Source: a virus
IMG/VR virus record: IMGVR_UViG_3300042397_002774
Location: 32,001 to 96,000 of that record
Length of the DNA: 64,000 nt
Direction: 5' to 3' (one strand)
The notes under the pieces were generated by a model. It searched no databases. It had not been told where the DNA came from and saw nothing but the letters and a program-made list of their open reading frames with translations. The translations under genes and the position numbers were made by a program. This document shows, piece after piece, positions 38,957 to 48,797 of the stretch (positions within the stretch are counted from its first letter, which is position 1; each line of letters starts with the position of its first letter).

Positions 38957-38981
38957 AAAAAGCGCCTATTTCTTAGGCGCT
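38957..38981 (-). terminator. Rho-independent terminator
   Basis: AGCGCCTA-loop-TAGGCGCT followed by a T-run. Confidence 0.65.
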
Positions 38982-39214
38982 CTTGTTGAATATGTGGGTT
39001 TGGATACGTTTGGTGTTAATGGTTTAGATGATGTTTTTGTTTTATTTTCAAGCTGTTTATTTTGTTTTTCTATAGCCTCATTTTCATCATCGTAAAACTT
39101 TTTCATTTTATGGAACGTAAATCGACGCAACCATATCGGCATATTATACACTGTATTCCAATCATATCCACCTTTTCCATGAAATACTATTTCGTGGATT
39201 TGGTCAAATACCAT
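38966..39214 (-). CDS. Tail assembly chaperone, gpT-like part (probably made by frameshift)
   Basis: Frame stays open upstream to 39253, across a T7 run. Position is directly before the tape measure gene. Confidence 0.62.
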   Translation of the reverse strand: MVFDQIHEIVFHGKGGYDWNTVYNMPIWLRRFTFHKMKKFYDDENEAIEKQNKQLENKTKTSSKPLTPNVSKPTYSTRAPKK

Positions 39215-39218
39215 AGGT

Positions 39219-39971
39219 CTATCTTCCTGAGTCAGGCCAAAAAAAGTTAATTCCTACTGGAATAGAAATGCCCTCCTCTGCACCTTCAGGGTAGTGAGTC
39301 ATATCAATATCTGGTTGGATTTGTGCATAGTATTCACGTAATGCTCTAGCATCTTTTGCTGTTAAACCATTATCAACAAAATCACGAATAGTTGCTAATT
39401 CTCTATCACCATTGACTGATGTGATTATATATTTTAAACGAGTTGTAATTTCAAATGAACCTTGTGGGTTAATTTTCTTTAAACCTTTAATTTCAGCATC
39501 AATTTTTTGTTCATCACCATGTGTTAACAATTTAAATGTTACTGTATTTCCAGATAAAGGCATTTTAAATGTAAATTCATTATTACCTTCTTCAAATAAT
39601 GATAAATCAACTTCTTTTTCTTTTAATGCTGATAAATCAACACTTACTATTTCTTCAACACCTGTCTCGTAATTATAATTTTTAAATTGATATTCAGCAC
39701 CATATCCTAAAATACGAGCACCTAACAGTATAGCGTTTTTATCGCACACTAATATATCATTAAAACTAACTGGTGTTACTATTAAGGATTGCATTACTCT
39801 ATTGAGTACTGATCCATCTTTAATATAATTAGCATTAGTAAGAATATCTTCTTCTTTAGCTGTCATATATTTCATTTCAATTTCACCTTTAGAAAGTGGT
39901 GAGTCTTTCGGATATAATAATCCTTTTGAAGGCAACGAAACCGTTTCGGTTGGCATTTTAAAATCGCTCAT
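39219..39971 (-). CDS. Tail assembly chaperone / T4 gp26-like hub assembly protein
   Basis: LPSKGLLYP, MTAKEEDIL, FKLLTHGDE, ending FFWP. Confidence 0.7.
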   Translation of the reverse strand: MSDFKMPTETVSLPSKGLLYPKDSPLSKGEIEMKYMTAKEEDILTNANYIKDGSVLNRVMQSLIVTPVSFNDILVCDKNAILLGARILGYGAEYQFKNYNYETGVEEIVSVDLSALKEKEVDLSLFEEGNNEFTFKMPLSGNTVTFKLLTHGDEQKIDAEIKGLKKINPQGSFEITTRLKYIITSVNGDRELATIRDFVDNGLTAKDARALREYYAQIQPDIDMTHYPEGAEEGISIPVGINFFWPDSGR

Positions 39972-39994
39972 ATAACATTTTTATTTTGTTCGTA

Positions 39995-40002
39995 TATAAA
40001 TA
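39995..40002 (-). promoter_or_regulatory. Putative late-type promoter (TATTTATA)
   Basis: Part of a 23-bp sequence also found at about 43684-43706. Confidence 0.6.
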
Positions 40003-40007
40003 TATAG

Positions 40008-40035
40008 AAAAAGAAAGCGTCTGCAAAGCAGACGC
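40008..40035 (-). terminator. Rho-independent terminator after the tail tube gene
   Basis: GCGTCTGC-TTT-GCAGACGC followed by TTTCTTTTT. Confidence 0.8.
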
Positions 40036-40064
40036 CTCTAGGAAAAGAAATATGAAAGGGGAAA

Positions 40065-40550
40065 TTAAAAATTCAATACACAGTAATCCATAGCAATAGT
40101 AAGGGAAATGTTAACTGCTGATTCACTAGCCCAATCGTATTCACCAAAGTTTGCTGATTTTACATAAGCACCTTTGATTATCCATTCGCTAACGATGTCA
40201 CCTACTGGACCTAATACGTTCAATACTAAATCTTTTTTATAAAAATCAGAATAACCATCACGGCCTGTTACTGATTCGTGAGCCAAACGAGCCCATTCCA
40301 TTACAGCTTGAGCACCACTTGGAGTGATTGGATCATAAAGTTCTAAGTTCATATCTTGCCACTTAACTTTACCTTTTACTTTACGGTAAACGTTGATGTG
40401 GTCTAATACGATTTCACCTGCATCAAATTGAGGTGACGCTGCCTTCTTAATCAAGTATGCTGGAATACCGTCTACATACATGATGAAACGATTCTGCACC
40501 TTTGGTTCGAAAGCGGTGAACATTATTTGGTTTGCGTCTAATACAGCCAT
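40065..40550 (-). CDS. Tail tube protein (T4 gp19-like)
   Basis: FEPK..NRF, KVKWQD..L.LYDPI, DFYKKD, W.IKGA. Follows the sheath gene. Confidence 0.88.
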   Translation of the reverse strand: MAVLDANQIMFTAFEPKVQNRFIMYVDGIPAYLIKKAASPQFDAGEIVLDHINVYRKVKGKVKWQDMNLELYDPITPSGAQAVMEWARLAHESVTGRDGYSDFYKKDLVLNVLGPVGDIVSEWIIKGAYVKSANFGEYDWASESAVNISLTIAMDYCVLNF

Positions 40551-40596
40551 TTTATGTTAAATTTTGTCTATTAATAAATATTATTGTTTATAACTC

Positions 40597-42309
40597 TTAC
40601 GCTGGGAATGTTGCCCCAGTTGGTAATACTGTGAAATCTAACACAATGAATTCTGCTGTTTTACTTGGTTGTAAATAGATTTGACCAACTAATTGGTTTC
40701 TATCGATTACATCAGGTGTGTTATTAGAATCATCCATTACCACTTTATAAGCATATAAACCTTGACGTTGTACTACTGATTCTAAGTAAGGGTTTGCAAT
40801 GCTCATAAATCTGTTTCTTGTAGCTGCTGTATTTTGTTCAAATACTAATGAACGACCTACTTGACCTAAGAAACCTTTCAAGGTAATCAACAAACGACGA
40901 ACGTTAATTCTGTCTAATGAAGTTGATTTTTTCTGTAATGTCTTTTGACCAAACGCTACAACACCTTCTCCAGGGAATGAAGCTAATGGGTTGATGTTTG
41001 TATCATATAAAGTATCACGATCTTCTTGAGATAATCTTCTTTCAGCTCTTAATACTGATCCAATTCCACCACGGTTTAAACCTGCTGGAGCGAACCATTC
41101 AGCACCTACTTGGTCGTTGAATGCGAATACACCACCCATTACTACAGATGGAGGACACCATACAGCCTTACCTAAGTTATTGCTAAACAATTGTACCCAT
41201 GGATAATATGCAGCACCATAACTTGAACCATTAGCAGCAGCCGCTGTAACAGCAGCAGCTACGTTAGCTCCATATGCTGTAGTATCGATAATTGCCATTG
41301 AATCACCTCTACCTTCACATACTGCAATTACATCATCTGAGATTGAACTTAAAGCACCAGTACCTAATGTTACACCAGGAACTAATAATAAGTTAAAGCT
41401 ATAATCATCTTTATTTGATAATAAAGTTAAAGCAGATGTGTAATCAGCAGCAGCAAATCCTTGACAGTTTGTAGCTGCCGTGTCATTTGCTTCAAAAAAT
41501 ACAGCTGTTCTGTTAGTTGCAGCTACACCACCACTAAATGAACCACTACCTGCTGCTGGTAAATAACCACCAAAAGTTGAAGTTTTATAATTACCTAAGT
41601 TATCAATTGAATCGATAGTGTTGTTTACTGTTTTAACACGTACATATGAAGAACCACCTTGGAAACTACCTGAAATTTCTACTAAGCCTTTTGAAGCATT
41701 GTAAACAGGTTTTGCATCACCTACTACACGAGAGATGAAGTTTGGTTGAGCTGGGTCTAAAGATAAGTTTGAGAATGTTTCTAGAACATTTTTGTTATTT
41801 GTGTTGTCATCACCACGACGAACTACTAATGTAAATGTACCTTTTGTACTGTTAACATTAGTTACTTCCCAACGTACGTTCTCTATTGTACCATTTGCTA
41901 AAGCACCTGATGTTTCAGAACCACTGTTGTTTGCAATATCACCCCATTGAGTAGCTTCTAAAACAAAAGAAGCAGTTGAGTTTGATGTTGCTGCTGCTGA
42001 TGAGCTAGCGTAAGTGTCGTAAGAAGAGCCACTAATAATTTTAGTTACTAACAATGAATTTCCACCATTGTTGAAATATTCTTTAGCAGCAAGTGATGTA
42101 AAATATTCATAGTAGTTACTTCCACTTTTGAATATATCACCAAAAACTGATAAATATTCACTATAAGAAGTTACAACTGTTGGGGCCATTGGGTTACCTT
42201 TAACTGTAGGACCAACAATAGCAGCTCCAACCTCTTGAATACCTCTTTGTACTAAACTCTTGTCGTTTTCGCGAGTAAAAACGCCTGGAGAGATAATTTT
42301 TTCTGCCAT
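40597..42309 (-). CDS. Contractile tail sheath protein (T4 gp18-like)
   Basis: SPGVFTRE, YYPW, WFAPAG.NRG, GQKTL, RINVRRL, FEQN. Confidence 0.95.
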   Translation of the reverse strand: MAEKIISPGVFTRENDKSLVQRGIQEVGAAIVGPTVKGNPMAPTVVTSYSEYLSVFGDIFKSGSNYYEYFTSLAAKEYFNNGGNSLLVTKIISGSSYDTYASSSAAATSNSTASFVLEATQWGDIANNSGSETSGALANGTIENVRWEVTNVNSTKGTFTLVVRRGDDNTNNKNVLETFSNLSLDPAQPNFISRVVGDAKPVYNASKGLVEISGSFQGGSSYVRVKTVNNTIDSIDNLGNYKTSTFGGYLPAAGSGSFSGGVAATNRTAVFFEANDTAATNCQGFAAADYTSALTLLSNKDDYSFNLLLVPGVTLGTGALSSISDDVIAVCEGRGDSMAIIDTTAYGANVAAAVTAAAANGSSYGAAYYPWVQLFSNNLGKAVWCPPSVVMGGVFAFNDQVGAEWFAPAGLNRGGIGSVLRAERRLSQEDRDTLYDTNINPLASFPGEGVVAFGQKTLQKKSTSLDRINVRRLLITLKGFLGQVGRSLVFEQNTAATRNRFMSIANPYLESVVQRQGLYAYKVVMDDSNNTPDVIDRNQLVGQIYLQPSKTAEFIVLDFTVLPTGATFPA

Positions 42310-42381
42310 AGTATTTTTTAATTAATTTGATTTAAATTATTCTGATAATAAATATTCGGAAAAATACGTAACCGATTGGGG

Positions 42382-42642
42382 TTACGGTAAGATCTCACCT
42401 GTCTGGATGTCTAGATTTCCTTCTCCATATTTTTCACGGATCTTAGTAAGATAATCATCTTGACGTTGATAGTTAGATGTTATATCCCCGTATAATCCTG
42501 TTAATTCATTATCAATTGTTTTTAATTGATTTTCTAATTCGTGTTTTTCATACTGCAATTGACCAATTTCAAATATTGTTTTTGAATATTGTTCACGGAG
42601 CTGAGTAAGCTCAGTCATTTCTTGTTCTGTAATTTTATTCAT
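42382..42642 (-). CDS. Coiled-coil hypothetical protein
   Basis: Heptads ending KYGEGNLDIQTGEI. Confidence 0.6.
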   Translation of the reverse strand: MNKITEQEMTELTQLREQYSKTIFEIGQLQYEKHELENQLKTIDNELTGLYGDITSNYQRQDDYLTKIREKYGEGNLDIQTGEILP

Positions 42643-42643
42643 A

Positions 42644-42871
42644 TTATTTTTCCCATTTATTTTTTGGACAACTTTTTTCTACAGGGCTAAATACCTTTTT
42701 ATTTAAAGGACACCCACAAGCATTACAATACCAGAAATTCATTACTTCTTGATGAGTTTTGTGTTCACAACCATCACATATTGATAGTCTATGTTCTGCT
42801 ATTAATTTTTGTTCAGGGGTTGGATTAGCTGCTGCTATCCATGCTTTTCCTATTTCTACTAGTTTGTTCAT
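42644..42871 (-). CDS. Small Cys-rich metal-binding protein
   Basis: RLSICDGC...CNACGC...CPKNKW. Confidence 0.65.
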   Translation of the reverse strand: MNKLVEIGKAWIAAANPTPEQKLIAEHRLSICDGCEHKTHQEVMNFWYCNACGCPLNKKVFSPVEKSCPKNKWEK

Positions 42872-42886
42872 ATAACTTAATTTAAT

Positions 42887-42913
42887 AAAGAAAAGCCCCT
42901 AAATTAGAGGCTA
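42887..42913 (-). terminator. Probable terminator
   Basis: AGCCTCTAA-T-TTAGGGGCT followed by TTTCTTT. Confidence 0.55.
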
Positions 42914-42937
42914 TTTCTTCACTTTATATAGGGGGGA

Positions 42938-43408
42938 TTAGTCTTCAACTTTGATCAATTGGAAGAATGTTTGATAATTACCTTCTGTTTCTACATGAGC
43001 GAAATCGCTAATATTGAAAGGTTTATATTCTAATTCTCTTTCTTGATTCAACAAATCATTGTATTCCTTTTGGAATTCAAAGAAATCTTGGTTTGGTTCT
43101 GTTTTGAATTTTGGGTTACCTTCTTCGTCGACACCATCTTCTTTTCTGATAGATGGAGATAGTTGGTATCCACCACTTTCGTCGGTTGAACCATACTTCA
43201 TAATTAATTCATCACGAAGTTTGTTAATTGATTCTTTTTCAGAAGTCAATCTTTTATTTAAATCAGTGATCCAATACTTAGTAATCATATTAAGTTTTTC
43301 ACTTAATAGACCTTTAGAAATTGTTTCACCTGTTTGTTGGTTTACTAAACCATTAATTTCAGCTTCGAGATTTAAAAACTCGAATAATTTTAGACTAATT
43401 TTTTCCAT
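42938..43408 (-). CDS. Hypothetical helical protein
   Basis: 156 aa ORF in the late operon. Confidence 0.6.
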   Translation of the reverse strand: MEKISLKLFEFLNLEAEINGLVNQQTGETISKGLLSEKLNMITKYWITDLNKRLTSEKESINKLRDELIMKYGSTDESGGYQLSPSIRKEDGVDEEGNPKFKTEPNQDFFEFQKEYNDLLNQERELEYKPFNISDFAHVETEGNYQTFFQLIKVED

Positions 43409-43423
43409 AACTGTAGTTGTTTC

Positions 43424-43672
43424 TTATTTTGTTTTCTTTGGTGCTTTTGTTTTTGGAGCTGCTTCAGGTTTTGTTTTAGGAGCTTTAGAAGTTTTAGCTT
43501 TAGCTTCTTTTACTACTTCTTTAACTTCTTCAACCACTTCTTTTACTGCTTCAATTTTTGATTCAATTGCATCAGGAATGTTGTTGTTGTTTGCATCGGC
43601 TATTTTACCCTTTCTCATTAGAACAAAGGTAACAGCGGCCACGAGTACTAATACGATAATAAGTGTTAACAT
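43424..43672 (-). CDS. Membrane-anchored protein with Lys/Ala/Pro-rich tail
   Basis: N-terminal TM, DANNNNIPD loop, KAPKTK repeats. Confidence 0.6.
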   Translation of the reverse strand: MLTLIIVLVLVAAVTFVLMRKGKIADANNNNIPDAIESKIEAVKEVVEEVKEVVKEAKAKTSKAPKTKPEAAPKTKAPKKTK

Positions 43673-43694
43673 GTTTTATATTTTTTTGTTCGTA

Positions 43695-43702
43695 TATAAA
43701 TA
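43695..43702 (-). promoter_or_regulatory. Putative late-type promoter (TATTTATA)
   Basis: Recurrent motif. Confidence 0.6.
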
Positions 43703-43727
43703 TATAAGAAGGTCCAAAAACGCAATC

Positions 43728-43958
43728 TTATAAAGAAGAAAGACGAGTTTCTATTTCCTGTCTAGCAGCAATGAATGCTTCTTCTGTTGATTCTTCAATA
43801 ACATTATTAGCTAAATCCTCAGCTATTTTATTATAAAAAGAAGCTGGAGCTGTAACACGGATTGAACAGTCATTAGGTTCGTTCATTAAAACGATAATTT
43901 TTTGAGTATCGGTATCTACCGATAAATGCATTTGATTTCTTTTGTAATAATTTATCAT
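43728..43958 (-). CDS. Hypothetical protein
   Basis: 76 aa ORF in operon. Confidence 0.5.
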   Translation of the reverse strand: MINYYKRNQMHLSVDTDTQKIIVLMNEPNDCSIRVTAPASFYNKIAEDLANNVIEESTEEAFIAARQEIETRLSSL

Positions 43959-43971
43959 AAATTTTTATTTA

Positions 43972-44373
43972 TTAAGGTTGGGGAGGTAAACATGTATTAC
44001 AACTATAATAATAACATGGATTTGGATATGGATCACAATCATACTCATAACAACTACAATAATAACTACTACCACATCCACAAGAAGCACTATTAGACTC
44101 TATAAAAGTACTATAAGTACCACAATTTCCATTAGCATATACATAATATAGATCACAACCACTACAACTAGTATTGAGAAATGTTCCGTCTGGTTGGCAG
44201 CTACTACAAGCTGTTATAGCTGTAATCATACCTGATGAGTTGATTGAATATACGTTAGTTCCATTAGAAACCCAACCAGCGCTTACAATAGTTGTTCTTT
44301 TCTCATCCGTGTATAAATAACACCCCACTGATAAAGAAGAGCAATAAGTATAAAAATATAAACATTGAGCCAT
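43972..44373 (-). CDS. Cys/Tyr-rich protein (16 Cys in 133 aa)
   Basis: Direct count from the translation. Confidence 0.65.
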   Translation of the reverse strand: MAQCLYFYTYCSSLSVGCYLYTDEKRTTIVSAGWVSNGTNVYSINSSGMITAITACSSCQPDGTFLNTSCSGCDLYYVYANGNCGTYSTFIESNSASCGCGSSYYCSCYEYDCDPYPNPCYYYSCNTCLPPQP

Positions 44374-44389
44374 AATTTAATTTTTTATT

Positions 44390-45181
44390 TTAACAAGTTC
44401 CTTCTCCTCCTGAATAACAACACACACAATCACCTGTCCCAGTAGCTGCTAAGGTACAAGCCTCACTAGCTGAAACTGAGCTATAGCATTGGAAATTTGG
44501 ATGAGCTACTAATGAATAAGCTTTAATATAATAATTAGTATTAGCTTGAACAGTAAATGTATAAGATAATGATTGAAGAGTTGATGATGTATTGTTAAAT
44601 GGTTTAAATATTTGTTGATTGCTAATTAAAGTTCCATTAGCAGATACTTCTAAAAAACCAAATCCAGGAGCATCCCACCCATAACTAGCCCCATCAGGAT
44701 TTATTAGTCCAAAATTTGCTTGAACATAAACACTATTTCCTACCCTAACAACTGCATTCATTTGAGGTGAATATTGTGGATTTCCAAAGAACATCCCATC
44801 TAAATTATTAGCAGGATCTAATCTAAGAGCAGATCCATTAACAAAACCAAATAAATCCACATTTTGATAAGGATTTGTCTCTTGACTCATCTCAAATAAT
44901 ACTGAAGATGCTCTTAAAGGATTTAAATAATTCCAATTACAGGTTAGATTAGGAGAAGGTCCAGTAGAAAAATTAACTCCATCTTGAAAACTACTATTAG
45001 GTATAAAAGACCCATCAGGAGAATCTCCAGTGTAAACATGAACTCTATTAGCTACTTCTTGTCGAGTTAAACAACGATTTGTAGCAGGAATAGATTGACC
45101 AGCCTTTAAGCCAAGTAAATTTTCATTTACCATAGCTTGGAGTTCATTTCCTGTTATTTGAAAATTGCTGCTTCTAGCCAT
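44390..45181 (-). CDS. Putative fibre-associated beta-sandwich protein with Cys-rich C-terminus
   Basis: Coupled (TAATG) to the collagen fibre gene. Ends CYSS..AC...CVCCY...C. Confidence 0.55.
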   Translation of the reverse strand: MARSSNFQITGNELQAMVNENLLGLKAGQSIPATNRCLTRQEVANRVHVYTGDSPDGSFIPNSSFQDGVNFSTGPSPNLTCNWNYLNPLRASSVLFEMSQETNPYQNVDLFGFVNGSALRLDPANNLDGMFFGNPQYSPQMNAVVRVGNSVYVQANFGLINPDGASYGWDAPGFGFLEVSANGTLISNQQIFKPFNNTSSTLQSLSYTFTVQANTNYYIKAYSLVAHPNFQCYSSVSASEACTLAATGTGDCVCCYSGGEGTC

Positions 45182-47619
45182 TATTTAGATTCTAATTCTT
45201 TTATTCTAGCTTCTAATTGTTGAATTGCTTTTATTAACACACCTACTGTTGATGGAACATCCATCGTATTTTTCTTTGGAGTAGATAGATCTGATGGAGT
45301 ATCTTCAGCTATAAAACCAATGTGAGGTCTATTGTCTTTATCATCCTTATAATTAAATGACACTACATTAACTTTATTTAATATATCTAAAGCATCACTT
45401 TCATAAGGAATAATATTATACTTTAAATAGCGAGAAGAAATTTGGTAGAATCCTTCAGCTTCAATAGTATTCCCACTTACTCTAATTTGTGAGTTAGTTG
45501 TGGCTCCAGTTGAGGTACCATTGCTAATTAATAAAGCATTATTTGTTGCTGGTGAAATTGCATTAAACCCAGGGCCTGTTGAACCTTGGTCGCCTTTGTC
45601 GCCTTTGAATCCTTGAAAACCTCTATCGCCTTGATCACCTTTAGTTCCTTTATCACCTTGGTCGCCTTTAGTTCCTTTATCACCTTGGTCGCCTTTAGTT
45701 CCTTTATCACCTTGGTCGCCTTTGTCGCCTTTAGTTCCTTTATCACCTTGGTCGCCTTTGTCGCCTTTAGTTCCTTTATCACCTTGGTCGCCTTTATCAC
45801 CCTTATCACCTTTTAAACCTTTATCACCTTGGTCGCCTTTATCACCCTTATCACCTTTTAAACCTATATCACCTTGGTCTCCCTTATCACCCTTATCTCC
45901 TTTAAATCCTTGATCTCCCTTGTCGCCTTTATCGCCTTTAAATCCTTGATCTCCCTTGTCGCCTTTATCACCTTTTAAACCTATATCGCCTTTGAATCCT
46001 TGAAAGCCTCTATCACCTTGGTCGCCTTTATCACCTTTTAAACCTCTATCACCTTGAGGACCAGCTACTGTTGAATTTGCACCTTGAAAGCCTTGGTCGC
46101 CTTTGTCGCCTTTGTCGCCTTTGAATCCTTGGAAGCCTCTATCGCCTTGGTCGCCTTTGTCGCCTTTGAATCCTTGGAAGCCTCTATCGCCTTGGTCGCC
46201 TTTGTCACCTTTGAATCCTTGGAAGCCTTGATCACCCTTATCTCCCTTATCACCTTTAAAGCCTTGGTCGCCTTGATCGCCTTTTAATCCTGTAGCTCCT
46301 TGAAAACCTTGAACTCCATTAGTTCCATTTGTACCTGCAATACCTTGAGGACCTGTAGCTCCTTGCGGTCCTGTATCTCCTCTATCTCCAGTTCTTGCAA
46401 ATGTAACAATTATATCTAAATCATTTGTGAATGAACTTACTCCTGATAACCATGTAATAGGTACTCCAAAATAGTTTGTATTATGGGTGTGGGCTCCAGT
46501 TATTGCAAATAAAGCAAAATTTGTTGTGCTACCTTTTTCAGTTACAGTAAAGTGTCCTTTAATTGCTGATGTTGAGTCATCAACTGTTTGTAAATAATTG
46601 TATACAGAAACACTAGCATCATCTACTTCACTTATATATAATTCTGAAGCTGATGATAATACTAAGTTATTAAATTTTAATTTTCCATTTCCAGGAATTG
46701 TGTTTGAGGTGTTTGTACTAAATGTATAATCAAAAGCAGCACCGCCAAAATTACCTGTTAAACCTTGATGGCCTTGAGGACCTTGTACTCCTTGAATACC
46801 TTGAGCTCCTGTACCTACAGCTCCTTGAATACCTTGTGGGCCTTGGTTACCTTGAGGACCAGGAATTATAGAATCATTACCTACATGACCTTGAATACCT
46901 TGAACACCAACAGGGCCTTGGATACCTTGATCACCTATAGGACCTTGATGACCTTGATCACCTTTAGCTCCTTGGTCGCCTTTTATACCTATACTACCTT
47001 GTATACCAACAGGACCTTGATCTCCTTGATCACCTTTAAACCCTTGGTCACCTTTAGTACCTTGCACACCTATACTTCCTTGCACACCAACGGGACCTTG
47101 TACACCTTGATCGCCTTTAAATCCTTGATCGCCTTTTGATCCTTGAACACCTATGCTTCCTTGTACACCGATTGGACCTTGAATACCTTGATCACCTATA
47201 CTTCCTTGATCACCTTTTACTCCTATACTTCCTTGTGCACCAATACTTCCTTGTGCACCAACCCCACCTTGAAATCCTACTGGGCCTTGAAGACCTGTAG
47301 GGCCTTGATGACCTTGGTCGCCTTTTGACCCTTGAACTCCATTTGAACCTTGTACACCTTGAGCCCCATGATCACCTTGATCACCTTTAGTACCTTGTAT
47401 ACCAATACTACCTTGAACACCAACAGGGCCTTGAAGACCTTGAGATCCTGTTGTTCCTTGAGGTCCTTGTGCACCTACAGTTCCTTGGATACCTTGAGCT
47501 CCTTGAGCACCATTTGATATTGTAATTTGATTTATACTACCACTCAATTCGGTCCAGTTATCATCCATTTCCTGCCAAGTAAGTGGACGTAAGAGGTTTG
47601 ATCTTAAAGATAAAGCCAT
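45181..47619 (-). CDS. Collagen-like tail fibre with C-terminal S74 intramolecular chaperone
   Basis: Two long Gly-X-Y tracts, then SSRYLK...GFIAED...LIKAIQQL. Confidence 0.88.
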   Translation of the reverse strand: MALSLRSNLLRPLTWQEMDDNWTELSGSINQITISNGAQGAQGIQGTVGAQGPQGTTGSQGLQGPVGVQGSIGIQGTKGDQGDHGAQGVQGSNGVQGSKGDQGHQGPTGLQGPVGFQGGVGAQGSIGAQGSIGVKGDQGSIGDQGIQGPIGVQGSIGVQGSKGDQGFKGDQGVQGPVGVQGSIGVQGTKGDQGFKGDQGDQGPVGIQGSIGIKGDQGAKGDQGHQGPIGDQGIQGPVGVQGIQGHVGNDSIIPGPQGNQGPQGIQGAVGTGAQGIQGVQGPQGHQGLTGNFGGAAFDYTFSTNTSNTIPGNGKLKFNNLVLSSASELYISEVDDASVSVYNYLQTVDDSTSAIKGHFTVTEKGSTTNFALFAITGAHTHNTNYFGVPITWLSGVSSFTNDLDIIVTFARTGDRGDTGPQGATGPQGIAGTNGTNGVQGFQGATGLKGDQGDQGFKGDKGDKGDQGFQGFKGDKGDQGDRGFQGFKGDKGDQGDRGFQGFKGDKGDKGDQGFQGANSTVAGPQGDRGLKGDKGDQGDRGFQGFKGDIGLKGDKGDKGDQGFKGDKGDKGDQGFKGDKGDKGDQGDIGLKGDKGDKGDQGDKGLKGDKGDKGDQGDKGTKGDKGDQGDKGTKGDKGDQGDKGTKGDQGDKGTKGDQGDKGTKGDQGDRGFQGFKGDKGDQGSTGPGFNAISPATNNALLISNGTSTGATTNSQIRVSGNTIEAEGFYQISSRYLKYNIIPYESDALDILNKVNVVSFNYKDDKDNRPHIGFIAEDTPSDLSTPKKNTMDVPSTVGVLIKAIQQLEARIKELESK
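45570..46390. repeat. Collagen Gly-X-Y 9-bp periodic repeat (GDK/GDQ/GFK-rich), approximate bounds
   Basis: ccttggtcg/cctttatca-type units. Confidence 0.85.
46760..47511. repeat. Collagen Gly-X-Y repeat (GxQ/GPx-rich), approximate bounds
   Basis: Translation GAQGIQGPVG... Confidence 0.85.
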
Positions 47620-47650
47620 AATTATTTTTTAATTTGTCACGTATAAATAT

Positions 47651-47677
47651 GAAAGGGGATGATTGCTCACCCCCTTC
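47651..47677 (-). terminator. Probable terminator
   Basis: GAAGGGGGTGA-GCAA-TCATCCCCTTTC hairpin, just before the late motif at 47642-47649. Confidence 0.6.
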
Positions 47678-47701
47678 TAAAAATATATATTAATATTTTA
47701 A

Positions 47702-48166
47702 TTAACAGTCTTCGTAGCTACCAGTACCGAATACTTCAGCAACTTTTTCTTTCAATTTAGCATAACCAAATTCAAAGATATTTGCTTCTTCTACTTCAGT
47801 AAAATCTGGAATCATTACAGTAACGCTTTCAGAAACTGTAGTTTCTACGTTAGTATAAGTAATACTTCCTGATGCATCTACACTTTGAGAAGGTACATTT
47901 ACTGTTCTGTAAACAACACTTTCAGATGGAACTCTTAAATCAACATATAAGTTATCACCAATTTGTTGGTTACGAGCTATTGTTCCCATTCCTCCAGGAC
48001 CTGGGTACAAATTAGATGCTGATGTTGCTGATTCTGCGTCTAAAAATAATTGAGTTTGAAAATTAGCAAATCCACCTTTCTGAATTTGGTAATTTGTAAT
48101 ACGAAGGTATGCTTCGCTTGTGATACCTAAATCAGTACCAATTTGAGTTGTAATTCTAATTGCCAT
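47702..48166 (-). CDS. Hypothetical fibre-associated protein
   Basis: MAIRITTQIGTDLG...AYLRI...FGYAKLK. Late motif at 48190-48197. Confidence 0.55.
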   Translation of the reverse strand: MAIRITTQIGTDLGITSEAYLRITNYQIQKGGFANFQTQLFLDAESATSASNLYPGPGGMGTIARNQQIGDNLYVDLRVPSESVVYRTVNVPSQSVDASGSITYTNVETTVSESVTVMIPDFTEVEEANIFEFGYAKLKEKVAEVFGTGSYEDC

Positions 48167-48197
48167 TGTTGTATAGTTGTTTTTACGTGAATAAATA

Positions 48198-48788
48198 TTA
48201 GCGATAATGTTCTCCCCCAAGCCATAATACAAAAGATCTACGAGTTCCTACAGTTACTGGTGAAACGCGGTGCATCATATATGAAGGAAATATAACTACT
48301 GTGCCTCTGCCACGAGGAGCTGTGATATGCCCTTTACCTCCTTGCCAAATATCTAAATCTCCACCCTCATATTCGCTAGGATCGGATAATTGGACCGTAA
48401 TAGACACTTTACGGAGCGATAACATCCCAGGCCCAATGTCTTGATGCCAGATGTAATGCCCTCCTTCTGAAGCGTAGTATTCAGTGTATTGTATTTGTTC
48501 TGGGGCTGAATGTAGGTCAAAATCCCATAAAGATTTATTAGCTTCAGCAGCCATATCCATTAATTTACCATATAGCCAATTCCATTTCATATTTTGTGGA
48601 ATCCATTTAATAGATGATGAGCGAGCTTCTTTATTATCACCACCAATTGTGGTAGCTTGAACAAAGTCAATCTCAGCAACATCTTTGTAAATTTTGTCTA
48701 GTTCTTCATTATTAAAACCTTTATCAAAATAATAATAATTTTGAAGATCAACGTGTTTTTTAGAAAATAAATAGCCTGTTTGTACCAT
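48198..48788 (-). CDS. 2OG-Fe(II) oxygenase (prolyl-hydroxylase/PKHD type)
   Basis: WHQD, RKVS, YEGGDL, FPSY..HRV.PV..GTR.S (HxD...H...R). Confidence 0.92.
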   Translation of the reverse strand: MVQTGYLFSKKHVDLQNYYYFDKGFNNEELDKIYKDVAEIDFVQATTIGGDNKEARSSSIKWIPQNMKWNWLYGKLMDMAAEANKSLWDFDLHSAPEQIQYTEYYASEGGHYIWHQDIGPGMLSLRKVSITVQLSDPSEYEGGDLDIWQGGKGHITAPRGRGTVVIFPSYMMHRVSPVTVGTRRSFVLWLGGEHYR

Positions 48789-48797
48789 TTTTATATT

